This document shows positions 10,101 through 17,973 of a stretch of DNA of 58,224 bases, piece by piece (positions within the stretch are counted from its first letter, which is position 1; every line of letters starts with the position of its first letter). Source of the DNA: a virus (taxonomy: Duplodnaviria; Caudoviricetes); the IMG/VR virus record IMGVR_UViG_3300042924_004594, positions 1 through 58,224 of that record. One strand, 5' to 3'. The notes under the pieces are model-generated. The model ran no database searches, was not told the origin of the DNA, and was given only the letters and a program-made list of their open reading frames with translations. Both the position numbers and the translations under genes were made by a program.

Positions 10101-12966
10101 CGATCTTAGTTTGAATTGTTTCTGTGTTGGTCTTGGCCAGCTCGGCCGCTGTTTGGACATCAACTTCTTTACCGATTTCGGATATGTTTTTGACCCGAAC
10201 AAGAAAGGTACCCTTTTTGGAATTTGCAAACGCCGTAAACGGATACGATGAAAGTTGGGTAATTCCCCCTGGAGCAACAGCTGGATTGTACATCGTACCC
10301 TGTTTGGGTGTACCCACTATTTTCCGGCGGCGCTCAACTCTTTCGGAGGTAGCTGCAGATAATAGTTCACGTGCTTGACGCTCACTTAAGATAATACCTC
10401 TAAGCGAAGGCCCCCTGCCCTTATTAGAAATACGATCCCCTACAGATAAATCTTTATCTATATCGTTTGGGTCGAGGGCTTGCGCCTCACCCAACGCGCG
10501 ATCCACATTAGGAATAGAGGGGCTTCTTGTGGACTTTTTGCCTCGGTTTATGTAAACCCGACTCTTTGGTGCAGTGGTGCCTTGGAATATATTAGCAGCT
10601 GTACTGCTTAGAAATCTTACATTGGCTGGGGCATTAAGCCCACCAAACATTGCACGCTCCTGGCTTTTTGAAAATGTATGCGGGTACGCCCCAAACATGA
10701 GCCAAAAGTCTTTTCCGGGGTTTTGTTTCGCAAACTCAAAAAACTTTTGCATTTCAAGTTTTGCAGATCTCGGGTTAAAGGACTCTGATGCACCCTGCCT
10801 GTTATTCTTTCCTTCGGGCCCCTTGTAGCCTGGGTCGAATATTGGAATAGCGTAGGTTCTGCCAACTGCTCCTGTCTTCCCCTTTTCAGCCCCTAACCGC
10901 TGAGCGATCGGGCCGTAGACTTTATCGTGTCTTCCAGCAACATCGGTGCCAAAGACAAGAACACGGTCGTTAGCTGTCGGCTCGGTAGCAGGATCAAACT
11001 CAGACAATAGTTCTTGAGCCTTTTCCTGGCTTTGCGTGTATTTCCCCGCGGGAATCATGTTTGCAACAATGCTCTCGGGCGAAGCAGCCCTAGCATAATC
11101 CATTCCCGCAGCCTTACGTCGGGCACTTGCTTCTGTGTTTAGATCCCGCAAGGCTGGTTCTTTCGGAATCGACCCAAGAACCTGCATAATTTCTCGGGCA
11201 ATTTCCTGAGCTTCACGAATCTTTAACTCAGTATTTACGCCCGATGGTCGCGTGGTTCCAACAAAACTCCGGCCTGCCGTAGTTTGAGGTCCTATGATAG
11301 TGAACTTAGTTTTGTCTGGGTTCGCCTTAAGATATTCTAGTACCCTTGGAATAATAACATCAGCGCTACGACCTTCGATTATAGGTTTTTCACTATCGAC
11401 GGCAACGTTTCTACCGACAGATTGACCCACATCGTTCTTAAGAGATTCGTCATTCGCGATATCAATAATGAAGTCCACATTGTCGATGTTGTTTTTGTCG
11501 GCTTCATCAGGGTTTTCGGTGGTGTCAAACTCCGCAAGAGAGTCCCGCTCGTCTTGAGAAGCATTCTTTGACACAACCTTCCACCCCCCACGCTTAACCC
11601 CCTGTGCTTCTGCTAAAGATTCAGCAACAGAAGCAAAAGGACCAAAGCCGCTTCCGTAGTATGTAAAGGCGCCATCGTTCTTGGGCTTCGGCATATTCTC
11701 TTCTGGAGATACAACCGCAGGAGCTCCAACTCCCTCCAACGTCTCGACATCAACCACTTCAGGCTCGTTTAGAACATCATCAACCGCAGGAGTATTAGAC
11801 TGACCAGGAGCTGGCGCTGGCGCTGAAGCGTTAGCCAATTTTGTTACCGCAGCAGGCGCTACCCTCGGCGGACCAAACTGACCTTTTTGTTTGTCAGCCT
11901 GGATTGTGGGAGCACTGGTCTGACTGGGAAATAAAGCGTTGGTCTTAGACTTCTCTTGAGCTGCTTGTTCGGTCTGCGGGATAAGAGTACGGGCTCCGCC
12001 AAGGCCAAGCTCGACCATACCTGGAACCATTTCACCGATGAACTCTGCCCAGGCATCAGCCGGATTGGACTCTTCACCAATCGCAGCACTTCCCGCAACT
12101 TCACCGGCCGCACCCAACATACCTTGTAGCGCCGCATCGCCGACTCCTCGAGCCGCCAGACCTTTCAGTCCTTTAGCTGTTTTGAAAAGCATCGAAGAAG
12201 GAAGTGCAACAGAGGCCGCGTCAAACGCACCAACCGTAACGCCCCGGGTAAGAGCCCTATTTTTTATTTCTTGAAGTTTTGCTGGGTCGCGAAGAATAGC
12301 AGCCACCGCTTCGGTATCCTGGAGATCGCCAGCTTGCTCACGTAGGTCTTCTAAAATCTTTGATCCGCCTTCAACAAAAGCTGAACCCGCCCCAACACCA
12401 GCCATAGTCGAAAGAAGGACGGCTTCTTTTCCACCACCCGCAACCCTAGTCCCAATACTTCCAGCTGCGCCCATGGCGAGCCCAGGAATGCTTGATCCCA
12501 AACCTTGAGCTGTAATAAGAGCCGCTGCCTCTGGGTTACTGAAAATATTAAGAACAGGAGCTACCCAACCCTGACCCCCTGCTTTTTGGTACTTGAGCAT
12601 GGAACGGGCGATAGGCCGGGCTTGAAGTTCTCGCTCTTGTTCCGCCAACTCAGCCGCAGCTTCTTCAGGAGTATCAAGACCGTTGACCGCGCGAAGCGCC
12701 TTGGCCGCTTGCATCGATGAAGACATACCATTAACGAACTCGTCCTTCATTCTTTGGAAAGTAGACCTCGGGTCAGGCTGAAGATTTAAAGCTGTCTTAG
12801 CTGCATCAACCTCTTGCCTGGCCTGCGCATACTGACGCATATTGAAATTACCTGGCTTGAAAGCCTCGTCATGCATGGCCTGCTCATACAAGTTAAGGAT
12901 CTCTTCCTGTTGATCAGGATCGGCCCCCTTGAACTTTTCGTTCTGAAGGATATCGGAAATTTGCAT
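1198..12966 (-). CDS. giant (3922 aa) internal virion/ejection protein of large polyvalent type
   Basis: Gly/Ala-rich hydrophobic N-terminus; macro-like segment (VLVFGTDVAGRH...TYAIP); zincin motif AHEVAH; helical C-terminus like podovirus ejection proteins; position after tail genes. Confidence 0.7.
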   Translation of the reverse strand: MQISDILQNEKFKGADPDQQEEILNLYEQAMHDEAFKPGNFNMRQYAQARQEVDAAKTALNLQPDPRSTFQRMKDEFVNGMSSSMQAAKALRAVNGLDTPEEAAAELAEQERELQARPIARSMLKYQKAGGQGWVAPVLNIFSNPEAAALITAQGLGSSIPGLAMGAAGSIGTRVAGGGKEAVLLSTMAGVGAGSAFVEGGSKILEDLREQAGDLQDTEAVAAILRDPAKLQEIKNRALTRGVTVGAFDAASVALPSSMLFKTAKGLKGLAARGVGDAALQGMLGAAGEVAGSAAIGEESNPADAWAEFIGEMVPGMVELGLGGARTLIPQTEQAAQEKSKTNALFPSQTSAPTIQADKQKGQFGPPRVAPAAVTKLANASAPAPAPGQSNTPAVDDVLNEPEVVDVETLEGVGAPAVVSPEENMPKPKNDGAFTYYGSGFGPFASVAESLAEAQGVKRGGWKVVSKNASQDERDSLAEFDTTENPDEADKNNIDNVDFIIDIANDESLKNDVGQSVGRNVAVDSEKPIIEGRSADVIIPRVLEYLKANPDKTKFTIIGPQTTAGRSFVGTTRPSGVNTELKIREAQEIAREIMQVLGSIPKEPALRDLNTEASARRKAAGMDYARAASPESIVANMIPAGKYTQSQEKAQELLSEFDPATEPTANDRVLVFGTDVAGRHDKVYGPIAQRLGAEKGKTGAVGRTYAIPIFDPGYKGPEGKNNRQGASESFNPRSAKLEMQKFFEFAKQNPGKDFWLMFGAYPHTFSKSQERAMFGGLNAPANVRFLSSTAANIFQGTTAPKSRVYINRGKKSTRSPSIPNVDRALGEAQALDPNDIDKDLSVGDRISNKGRGPSLRGIILSERQARELLSAATSERVERRRKIVGTPKQGTMYNPAVAPGGITQLSSYPFTAFANSKKGTFLVRVKNISEIGKEVDVQTAAELAKTNTETIQTKIGIGTQYLVDLDFVVPVDSDYRRTISKIYERETEVVTQAKASGQVTEIDADALLASPQETARPIGAQANLPGQVVVTVEPEPNTSELENNRARLDNELKQLQAREAEEFGSLSKDGGRNAPKKKGSINTDERKRVSDRIRELTLAVGYLDNQIRAERLNWLDSGIAKITEALIRNGGAVVIRNSPEWVKASVRELNAVFNSLVNPVDGSLSVYGVREDYDTDPAISGPSTTENSGSRKINDPKTSNKNTGKWYGAAPTAEMIEAKKDQAESSYMSQVFKGGPQTSLPPEDLAKHIESVLFDNNPERMRTKSMPALKNLTPQQVTTLKDAVNTVNSVKPGTKPTPASQKLLKEALNIVKEYAENEKIASEMYLAVRDENTYALNQPGTYMKMLAKAIARDPRAGSLANLNLFLPGFGSVSFTPDQVQTFAKGELTGSVSPVAAKFTPADTTGLTEENSLEKQFKPNSLYLYDNKGQVLRVLPFSFRNRFIPNAGGVNIVPDTDVLHPTTLLKAFDTREMSAQKSLTAEELRDLSWAQSKGLLGEIPTTDWRGRFALDVAEKLGRGEPVVIADQDTIQFVRAYPGIFTGVVRYGDSIMVTEMKTALGIVTSEAPVAGLSKDFTNVFYRLLQPFFALQENEFNKEIELGSKEENNFGLKKTFAQSPDDIVGGGVGSVGDTVPAFNAAGEAIPSVNKQLSEGERRFEEGLADESIPELETQKGAGEVGRGMGGAEYNKLLEPTEGAKEVKSARLNMLISPEKAELIRKADPEGKYVRMVVLPRISYIARKTGKEMPVTTKDGYAIVTGITDPRTGEYMGDKAPLPQRPAAEVNLEEERLQAATAAAAEQEKLGQYIFLPKGITIQELTSAYQNILNAVKGSSGPVLVSRNVMEFNQQLQALQNVVSFDATDDGIYLTGVYDTAKGEWVGQLPYGARRMTTGEVAALSREQAIDLGNNINEWLREKRKAGVDALSLDDTTFSDDEIKNRVLLLQTVAQSYLDGFGKTRETLEKGLANIMSLKTREKQNYLFLENVESRFQRAINEGAFDADELRLLPRLIEDAVNVFNSGVVYSPVDANDTTKGWNAGVSRKFPNTSGRPREHFLSRVKKSGIPEQEANNLVDSLNINRTENFKDSELMRRVFIETLVESRTADGAKLNAVLNKILFEYEAMREQFGDEYLNESRPTNTLYGFVTALSVEGYGGVDGLAKRVVGIAANMKINEVSFVSLEGTTEKVESNETESKAIDVAFLPDQSGNDYDAQRDLVGDSYDTELDKYETLPTKDKRRKKYEAFINQMAEYREGLPFIRRAVHDIVMREGFGFTAGYVPTVYQGDEKAQQGLVFGKSNAQLDILFPTVKLKEESQIGDARKGKGFLSGKLLNSIFGALPGIPSSFIEPAVLSQIAREQYEGILQELVRNDMQEFSDAEKVRETLRQYEQEVVEEQSRSSQLRKDIRQAGIPIGNKSTPEIRAMNLAANPKRVGSLPKALLNILGNSPLASLKDTSELLINRLRQQYQFTGTTLEQLMEQLVDPVGKFDGTLAPEELISPENDRARMRDILFNALLPAFENRGSFDSAATLNQMRLINDPYRRQANLSRVRKIQAEVSGASKYATEQGFADAGVSFDSNLLNIQDPRQEQAMEYLRSSARRKGLKNVRFQSNTVENYPVFTVRGSDNAMDPVNSTIFVNPELLAEKLFQQKDINFLDPKARNTYDKLTEQLMDQLIAHEVAHLSYFEQLRREYRARFPNGGVSWESYYNGRVRDVSNFLRSEDNGLKVKLSGQRAVSVTEALGELYPETKQSDEVLVAEFLRLLLELDKSRGAKVFTEGLELQRSLQVQDRVSSLIQGQSRQQVKAMDEFARSQRKSFLGWLRTVLDSVFNLFSTLKASSDPRARELYTTYNKLSAIYDRFYSDYVAPPTYNEPTIETEGLLPMGDALNRAKPIGAQRQESAAANGARLFQNEDGVPTYTEKTSPEEVAYLKNIGAIDAVESILRELSADQVAVWLSYNPLPDTTATVEIGDQTFNLDNTQIFTLASYAIGRFGETQQFHKASTLLKHVSKLGRGMGQTISIAYRLLKQFLMQSPAGMVSEYVSRLAETRGALKNKVGEQLGSLGEEVRQAQGEALGLTLNDAGVQALIKQINDLYGQALKQVNQDDLATIIRNHYAEFSGEELVSVLAKLLPEYENKPLLFELADMVQKNMQTQLGKALSLRGRTLRRNIVNRKGMNNAEMRAERIEQLIGEMHEVVKPPISKSGNTIEDAISGDARKILELAALGAINDDVVLSTIESLGKFPSFDVNTAETLRRMMVDASRTPYGFQRDRKFNEALKILHNATKSDALPQVSAYWYMSMLSGPATFWMNFISTAIKAVADIATYSVAAATARRNPALAIKYMTLGYKTFLASLNTIALAEAKGILLHGDINPRTNGKYVDEASINALESMGTDTLMKKILSKGKYIFRIMSASDALFGRSAMEGFAAIQAQIQAIENVEGGISDLSIEEEAARLLNQTDAFVEQATKQAIGENLKVGTSDFTKRVYELRDLAIQADPERASIMRRAEDLSLYSTYNNKPYGLLGHIAEGIGALSREHPILVPLFVPFTKIVSNVTNESINYTPIGAYRAFKAWKEAGTTKTSGLAKTVEQMEQIKKIEQGSLYAVQAVLGTSAMAILAGLSAMLKDDDDDGQDDGFTITGGGPSDPAARKQAREAGYVPYSFSFGGNSVKLSYLSTPLAIPLSIVGTWFDQSNYPRGRDKDSVEKLTSAALAVAQVPFNQSFLQGLSNLFKMLDGTSEGQDVSALQNFFSGAVGNVVPNVIKQADQIFEPIPQQQTSFVGKWLFNKVPILKSMTGKPQLNVLGEVVNAPAGAERMLFLQRFINTSEADPLFKLLMSKNAFIPDAKRGQEIRNQPLTDEQFYRFRELRGKVIAQTVRGPNFFAMAKRMSNEQLDAYLSKLGQQATEAAKRQLIPELIKQGVKL

Positions 12967-12981
12967 TACTCTTAGAAATGT

Positions 12982-14025
12982 TTATTTCGAAGGTGTCTTC
13001 AAGGCATTTATGGCGTTTTTAAGCCTATCTAGCGTTGAGGGTTCGCCTGAGTTAGCAGCCGGTGAAGGCATGCCCGGCATCATTGCCCCATTCAAAAGAC
13101 CAGATTTTCCAGCAGCATTGATAATCATTGCTTGGAACATTTCTTTTTGCTCCGGAGCCATCATAGGATCAGCTGCGATAATACGGCCCAGGTTACCCAT
13201 AAGGCTTGAAGCATCCCTAACCGACATCCTGCCTGAACCATACTCCGCGTCCTCCAATCGACTCTTATCTGCCCCTTGAAGTTCCATCTTATATTGATCA
13301 ACAATATTGGAATCAATCGCTTGAGATTTCGGATATTTGGCGCGATAGAATGCGATTCTATCTTTAATGTTTTCGATTTGCTGCTGGGGTATGGCCGAGG
13401 TTCCGCTTTGCACCAGGGTCGACCCAATCAAGGAAGCTAAAGCCATAGCGTCTTCGTTGCCTTCCCCAGTGAGTTTCTGAACTCGTTCGGCAAGATCTTT
13501 CTTAACGGTCTGGGAGGCGGCTATTACACCGCTGTTTGCTACCGACAACTGTGCTTTGTTTAATTGGTCTCGGAGCGCTGAAAACTGTTCGATCGAAGAA
13601 CCCTCAAGAATCTCTGGCCTAAATGTGAAGTTTGCTAATTCCGCCTGGGCATTCATGTCGCCTTTGTAAGCGCGGGCATGGAGCTCGCCGATAGTCCTAA
13701 CTTCGTTATTCAAAAGCGACTGCATGTCCATTGCGCGGTTGTATTTGATTCGCTCGAGATTGGGTTGTGACTTTTCGAGCACACTTTGCATCCGTTCTAA
13801 GACAGCCCAAGGTTCCGCATCCTGCAAAGCTTGACGAGCTACATTATCCCTCGTGGTCTGCTGCATTTGCGACTGAACCAACGGCATGGTCTCTTGCGGT
13901 CGGAAAAGCCCAGTATTGACGTTAGGAGAGCTAAAGTTTCCAGGACGGAACAAGCCCTCCGCGTTTACAGCATTAACATACTGCGCGGGCTGCATCTGCT
14001 GTTTGTTTGCTGCTCCTAAGGCCAT
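12982..14025 (-). CDS. putative internal virion protein
   Basis: 347 aa, helical, Gln/Ala-rich; lies between the Gly-rich gene and the giant gene, as for podovirus ejection proteins. Confidence 0.5.
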   Translation of the reverse strand: MALGAANKQQMQPAQYVNAVNAEGLFRPGNFSSPNVNTGLFRPQETMPLVQSQMQQTTRDNVARQALQDAEPWAVLERMQSVLEKSQPNLERIKYNRAMDMQSLLNNEVRTIGELHARAYKGDMNAQAELANFTFRPEILEGSSIEQFSALRDQLNKAQLSVANSGVIAASQTVKKDLAERVQKLTGEGNEDAMALASLIGSTLVQSGTSAIPQQQIENIKDRIAFYRAKYPKSQAIDSNIVDQYKMELQGADKSRLEDAEYGSGRMSVRDASSLMGNLGRIIAADPMMAPEQKEMFQAMIINAAGKSGLLNGAMMPGMPSPAANSGEPSTLDRLKNAINALKTPSK

Positions 14026-14028
14026 AAA

Positions 14029-15210
14029 TTATCTCCCGAATAAGGGTACGGTATTTCGCGAAGACCAAGGCGCAGAAGGAGCGTACGGGCTGAAGCTTCC
14101 AGCTCCGCCACCGCCAAGGCCCCCTGCCTTCGGAATAGGTGTTGTGCCGAACGAAGAAGATCCGCCCATGCCACCACCTCCACTGCCCCCACCAAAAATT
14201 CCACCCAAGCCACCGAAAAGATTTCCCATCCCGCCCAATCCACCGGAAGACCCAGCTGCCCCTCCTCCGATACCGCCCAAGGCCGACACACCGGAAAGCA
14301 AACCACTGGCCAAGCCACCAAAACCCTGACCACTGACCGCGCCTTCGATACCGCCACCCAAACCGGAACCAATCTTTGCCCCGGCCATCGTACCGATTCC
14401 AGGAGCGATGAAAGAACCGGCAATAGCTCCCAGTCCGCCGCCGATAAGACTGCCGAGCCCGCTACTACCCTGCTGTTGGAACTTCATCAGGTCGTAGTTG
14501 TACTTGTTCATGGCATTTGTATTCGCCGTGTTCGTATCCGCAATGGCCTGCTCGTTCTTGATGCCGGTGTTGTAGTACCGCTGTTGATTTTCAATGTCGT
14601 TATTGTAGACGCTTGTGTAGTTGGTCAGGTTCGTGTTGAACGCGACCTCTTGATTCCCAATAGCCGTATTAGCATCCTGCCGGGCTAGGACATCTGCGGG
14701 GCTGAACAAAAGATCCGTCGATTTGACGGGGGTCAAAGCGTTGGCAAGACCGAGTACGTTTTGATAGTTCTGGAGCCCTGCATTCTGCATATTCATCGTG
14801 GTGGTTCCAAAGTCACGAGCCGTAAGGTTTCTAGCTCTTTGACTGGAAGATCCCGCCCCTGAAGAAAAATCCCTAAAAGCTGCGCTCCCAAACAATTGAT
14901 CTTCCACATCCTGAGGAATGTCGCCCCGCATCTGGGCTGAAGCTGTGTCAGCCGCAGTTTTAAGATTATCCATGACCCCAGGGGCAACGCCTTCAAGCGT
15001 GCGCTGGGCCGATTGATTTGCTGCGTCTGAGAAGCCTTCGAGGTCGCCAAGGACGCTCTGTTGCTGCATGAAATCTGGGTACGCATTGAGGTAAGAGCCA
15101 AGATCGTTTAGATCAAGGTTTAGTAGCTGACCAAGTTTCTCCAGATCAATCTGAGAAAACTTCGGAGCCTGAAGTTCTGGTGGTTTAGGAGGACTTTTCT
15201 TGCCGCCCAT
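14029..15210 (-). CDS. putative DNA-pilot/ejection protein with Gly-rich hydrophobic C-terminus
   Basis: Asn/Gln-rich coiled region, then GLGSLIGGGLGAIAGSFIAPGIG glycine zipper. Confidence 0.55.
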   Translation of the reverse strand: MGGKKSPPKPPELQAPKFSQIDLEKLGQLLNLDLNDLGSYLNAYPDFMQQQSVLGDLEGFSDAANQSAQRTLEGVAPGVMDNLKTAADTASAQMRGDIPQDVEDQLFGSAAFRDFSSGAGSSSQRARNLTARDFGTTTMNMQNAGLQNYQNVLGLANALTPVKSTDLLFSPADVLARQDANTAIGNQEVAFNTNLTNYTSVYNNDIENQQRYYNTGIKNEQAIADTNTANTNAMNKYNYDLMKFQQQGSSGLGSLIGGGLGAIAGSFIAPGIGTMAGAKIGSGLGGGIEGAVSGQGFGGLASGLLSGVSALGGIGGGAAGSSGGLGGMGNLFGGLGGIFGGGSGGGGMGGSSSFGTTPIPKAGGLGGGGAGSFSPYAPSAPWSSRNTVPLFGR

Positions 15211-15211
15211 A

Positions 15212-15634
15212 TTACAGCCCCATCCTGGCTAGCCGGTCGAAGAACGACGCCGGGTAGATCGACATGCGATCAAAATGTTTATGTCTGGAAAAGCCAATGT
15301 GTGTCGGACGCCCAAGAGTTTCAAATACAGGCTTGATCATGCGACCAAGCCCACCGTGTAGGAGACTTACTGTCCAATCTACCCACAGAAGCTTGCCCTT
15401 AGGATTGTGTTTCCAGCGATCCCGCGCCTGCTCGGGGTCATCAACCCGACGGTACAAACCAACCCCCTGCACTGCTTTGTGTTTATTCACGTCCCGATCC
15501 AGGACGATGGCCATATTCTGCATATGCCATTGGACGGTCTTTTCCGGCTCCGAGCAGTGAGGAAGCATCACTTTCACAAAATCGATGGTTTCCTGTATAA
15601 AGGGGGGATTGGCCGGGGTCATGTGTATTGTCAT
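15212..15634 (-). CDS. hypothetical protein (slot often held by an acetyltransferase-like virion gene)
   Basis: 140-aa ORF tightly packed in the operon; function inferred from position only. Confidence 0.45.
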   Translation of the reverse strand: MTIHMTPANPPFIQETIDFVKVMLPHCSEPEKTVQWHMQNMAIVLDRDVNKHKAVQGVGLYRRVDDPEQARDRWKHNPKGKLLWVDWTVSLLHGGLGRMIKPVFETLGRPTHIGFSRHKHFDRMSIYPASFFDRLARMGL

Positions 15635-15652
15635 TATTCTGCCAGTAATAAT

Positions 15653-15904
15653 CTACAGATCAACAACATTTTCAGGTGCAGGGGTTTCCTGCTCTGGGGC
15701 CGGTACTACCTCGGAAACTGGTTCTACTTCAGGTTCTGGGTGCCAGTCCGCTGGGAGGGGTTCGTTGCCTTCCGAAAGCCATCTTAAGTAAGCTTGGTAG
15801 TCCGCGTTGGCTGGATCAAAAGGGATACACGCGCTGTCACTAAGTCGTTTAATTGCCGAATCATTCACTAAGCCCGAAAAAGTAATTTTTTGATATTGGT
15901 TCAT
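15653..15904 (-). CDS. tail fibre assembly chaperone-like protein
   Basis: CIPFDPANADYQAYLRWLSEGNEPLPAD motif, typical of small proteins downstream of fibre genes. Confidence 0.65.
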   Translation of the reverse strand: MNQYQKITFSGLVNDSAIKRLSDSACIPFDPANADYQAYLRWLSEGNEPLPADWHPEPEVEPVSEVVPAPEQETPAPENVVDL

Positions 15905-16963
15905 TTATAGCTCCGCTGAAAAAGCAAGGAATCCAGTGCTTGAAGCATTTATCATAAGGCTTTGAGAATAGCCAGAAGATGCAGTTGCTGTGTTAGCTGT
16001 ATATAATAATACAGACTTAGTGGTGGCATTATACGAAAGAATACTTGTAGGCACTACATTTGTGTTTCTTAAGGCGAATGTTGAAGCCGCTGATGAAGTA
16101 AAGGTAGGAGATACTCGCATCTCTACCGGGAACGAGTAAACACCCTCCCATTGGGTTGAAGCAAACATATAGCCGTTACAAACAGTAACAAAGTTTCCAG
16201 CAGTTGTAGTTGCTCCGTGCAGGTTGTAGTACCTTTGACACAACGCCAACTCCGTCCCAATCGGCCTGCGCTCGAAATCAGTAGGACTTGGTCCAGCTTC
16301 AAACTGAACACCGGTAACTTGAAACCAGTCATTTGCTCCAGCAGTTCCTGTTGGCGTCACTCCGAACCTAATAAGAATTTCGTTTGTGCCGACCGGAACT
16401 GTAACAGTAGTCGAATATCTTGTTCTTGTAGTTGTTAGGCTTACGAATGAGTTAATAGCCGAGTACGACGTCCAACTTCCGAAAATTCCGCTAACTAAAC
16501 CCTGATCATTTCCGGACCCAAAACTAATGTTAACTTCTAACTGCGCTGAAGCAGGAGAAAAGTTAGCTCCGGCATTAGCATAGAAGGACAGCGTTGCTGT
16601 TTGGCCCGCCAGATCCCTACAATTTGTAGATTCAATAACTTGCGCAACATACGCAGAACCCACGTTTGTAGCCCCAGCGATTCTTTGCACTCTTGAAGCC
16701 AATGCAAAATCATTATTCCCAGTTGCAACCCTCTGATGCGTCCATGTCATTGGGGTTGCGGCTCCAGTTAAAGAGGCCCACCTATCGCAACTAGTGTAAG
16801 AGGGGGTATTCCATGGAATGCTACCAGCAGCTCCACTGCTCCTCTGGTCAATACGCATATCACCATTGATGATGCGATTGCGAAAGCCAACCGCAGGACG
16901 AGTGGTCTGCGTTGAGCCGTCGTTGAAGGTGATTCCGTTAGTTCCGTGGATTGTGGTTGGCAT
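15905..16963 (-). CDS. tail fibre/receptor-binding protein with carbohydrate-binding-like domain
   Basis: FRNRIINGDMRIDQR...DRW and VQFEAG...TDFERRPIGTELALCQRYY motifs common to phage fibre proteins. Confidence 0.75.
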   Translation of the reverse strand: MPTTIHGTNGITFNDGSTQTTRPAVGFRNRIINGDMRIDQRSSGAAGSIPWNTPSYTSCDRWASLTGAATPMTWTHQRVATGNNDFALASRVQRIAGATNVGSAYVAQVIESTNCRDLAGQTATLSFYANAGANFSPASAQLEVNISFGSGNDQGLVSGIFGSWTSYSAINSFVSLTTTRTRYSTTVTVPVGTNEILIRFGVTPTGTAGANDWFQVTGVQFEAGPSPTDFERRPIGTELALCQRYYNLHGATTTAGNFVTVCNGYMFASTQWEGVYSFPVEMRVSPTFTSSAASTFALRNTNVVPTSILSYNATTKSVLLYTANTATASSGYSQSLMINASSTGFLAFSAEL

Positions 16964-16966
16964 AAA

Positions 16967-17653
16967 TTATCCTTCGTACATCACGTTGACGGAGCCGGAG
17001 TCGAATGTATCTGATCCATTCGCAGATAGAATTTGAACTCGATCTAAAACACCCGTCGTAAGAACTTTTGACCCACCAGACATAATTGTAGAGTTCGTAC
17101 TGCCGGTCCACGCGTAAGTACCTGAGGATGTCCACACGTTGCTCCCCATATGACTAATTGTCATTGTGCCGTTAGAAAGAGAAGTAGCTTCTGGGTAGTG
17201 CATTATAAAGCCTATCGTACTATTTCCGGTAGCGCTGCCTACGTTAGTGACTGACATTTGCGATTTATATCCTGTTTGTTCGAAACCGCTCGAAGTCCCC
17301 AAGCGAACAAGAATATGGTTGGCTCCTGTGATGGATATTTCGTAAAACATGATTGTTATTCTTTTAGCCCAACTAGGAATGCCGGTATAAACAACAGAGG
17401 TAGTGCTTGCCGCAACACCAGTCATAAGCGTCATTGGCTGAGATAGTTTGGCTGGTGTAACAATCCCATTGGCAAGCGTAGTCGTAACATTCCCGCTTGC
17501 GTCTACGGTTAGAATATCCGCCGTGGTCGAACCGCTATTGCCCCTCGCCAGCTTAATCGTTCCATCGGGTGAGGATGGGACGGAGAGGGTGAAGTTTTGG
17601 GTGGCTGTTGCTGACTGGCCGATTTGAACTGAGTTGGATTTTAGTAGGCTCAT
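16967..17653 (-). CDS. short tail fibre-like protein
   Basis: Beta-rich, Ser/Thr-rich; TGIPSWAKRITIMF...LDRVQI...TFDSGSVNVMYE pattern. Confidence 0.6.
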   Translation of the reverse strand: MSLLKSNSVQIGQSATATQNFTLSVPSSPDGTIKLARGNSGSTTADILTVDASGNVTTTLANGIVTPAKLSQPMTLMTGVAASTTSVVYTGIPSWAKRITIMFYEISITGANHILVRLGTSSGFEQTGYKSQMSVTNVGSATGNSTIGFIMHYPEATSLSNGTMTISHMGSNVWTSSGTYAWTGSTNSTIMSGGSKVLTTGVLDRVQILSANGSDTFDSGSVNVMYEG

Positions 17654-17973
17654 GGTTTTTGTGGCCAGACAACCGATTCTGGGTCGCTGAACGTTTGTGG
17701 GATATTCCTAAGGGCTTGTCTGTACTCGGCCCAGACATTCTTGTCCGCCGTTGAATCCTGTAGTTGCGTCCAATCAGACTGGGTTAACAACATATCTCTT
17801 TTTAAACGTACCGGCTTCCACGCCTCTTCGGTTTTAATTTGCTCCCAGGCGGATAATACCTCTTCTTCCGTGGGCTTTGGCGTGTTGGAAAGCCATTGGA
17901 TGGACTCATACGTGTCTCCACATATAAACTCTTCTCCATTTCTTAAATGCAAAAGACATGCGGTTATGTTCAT
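17650..17973 (-). CDS. tail fibre assembly chaperone
   Basis: RDMLLTQSDWTQLQD...WAEYRQALRNIPQ...WPQKP signature. Confidence 0.8.
   Translation of the reverse strand: MNITACLLHLRNGEEFICGDTYESIQWLSNTPKPTEEEVLSAWEQIKTEEAWKPVRLKRDMLLTQSDWTQLQDSTADKNVWAEYRQALRNIPQTFSDPESVVWPQKP

Noticed and set aside
1198-12966. Virion RNA polymerase (N4- or crAss-type) suggested by size
   Set aside because: No convincing catalytic motif found by eye (DIDKD lies in a linker-like context) and promoters are sigma70-like; only a structure search could fully exclude it
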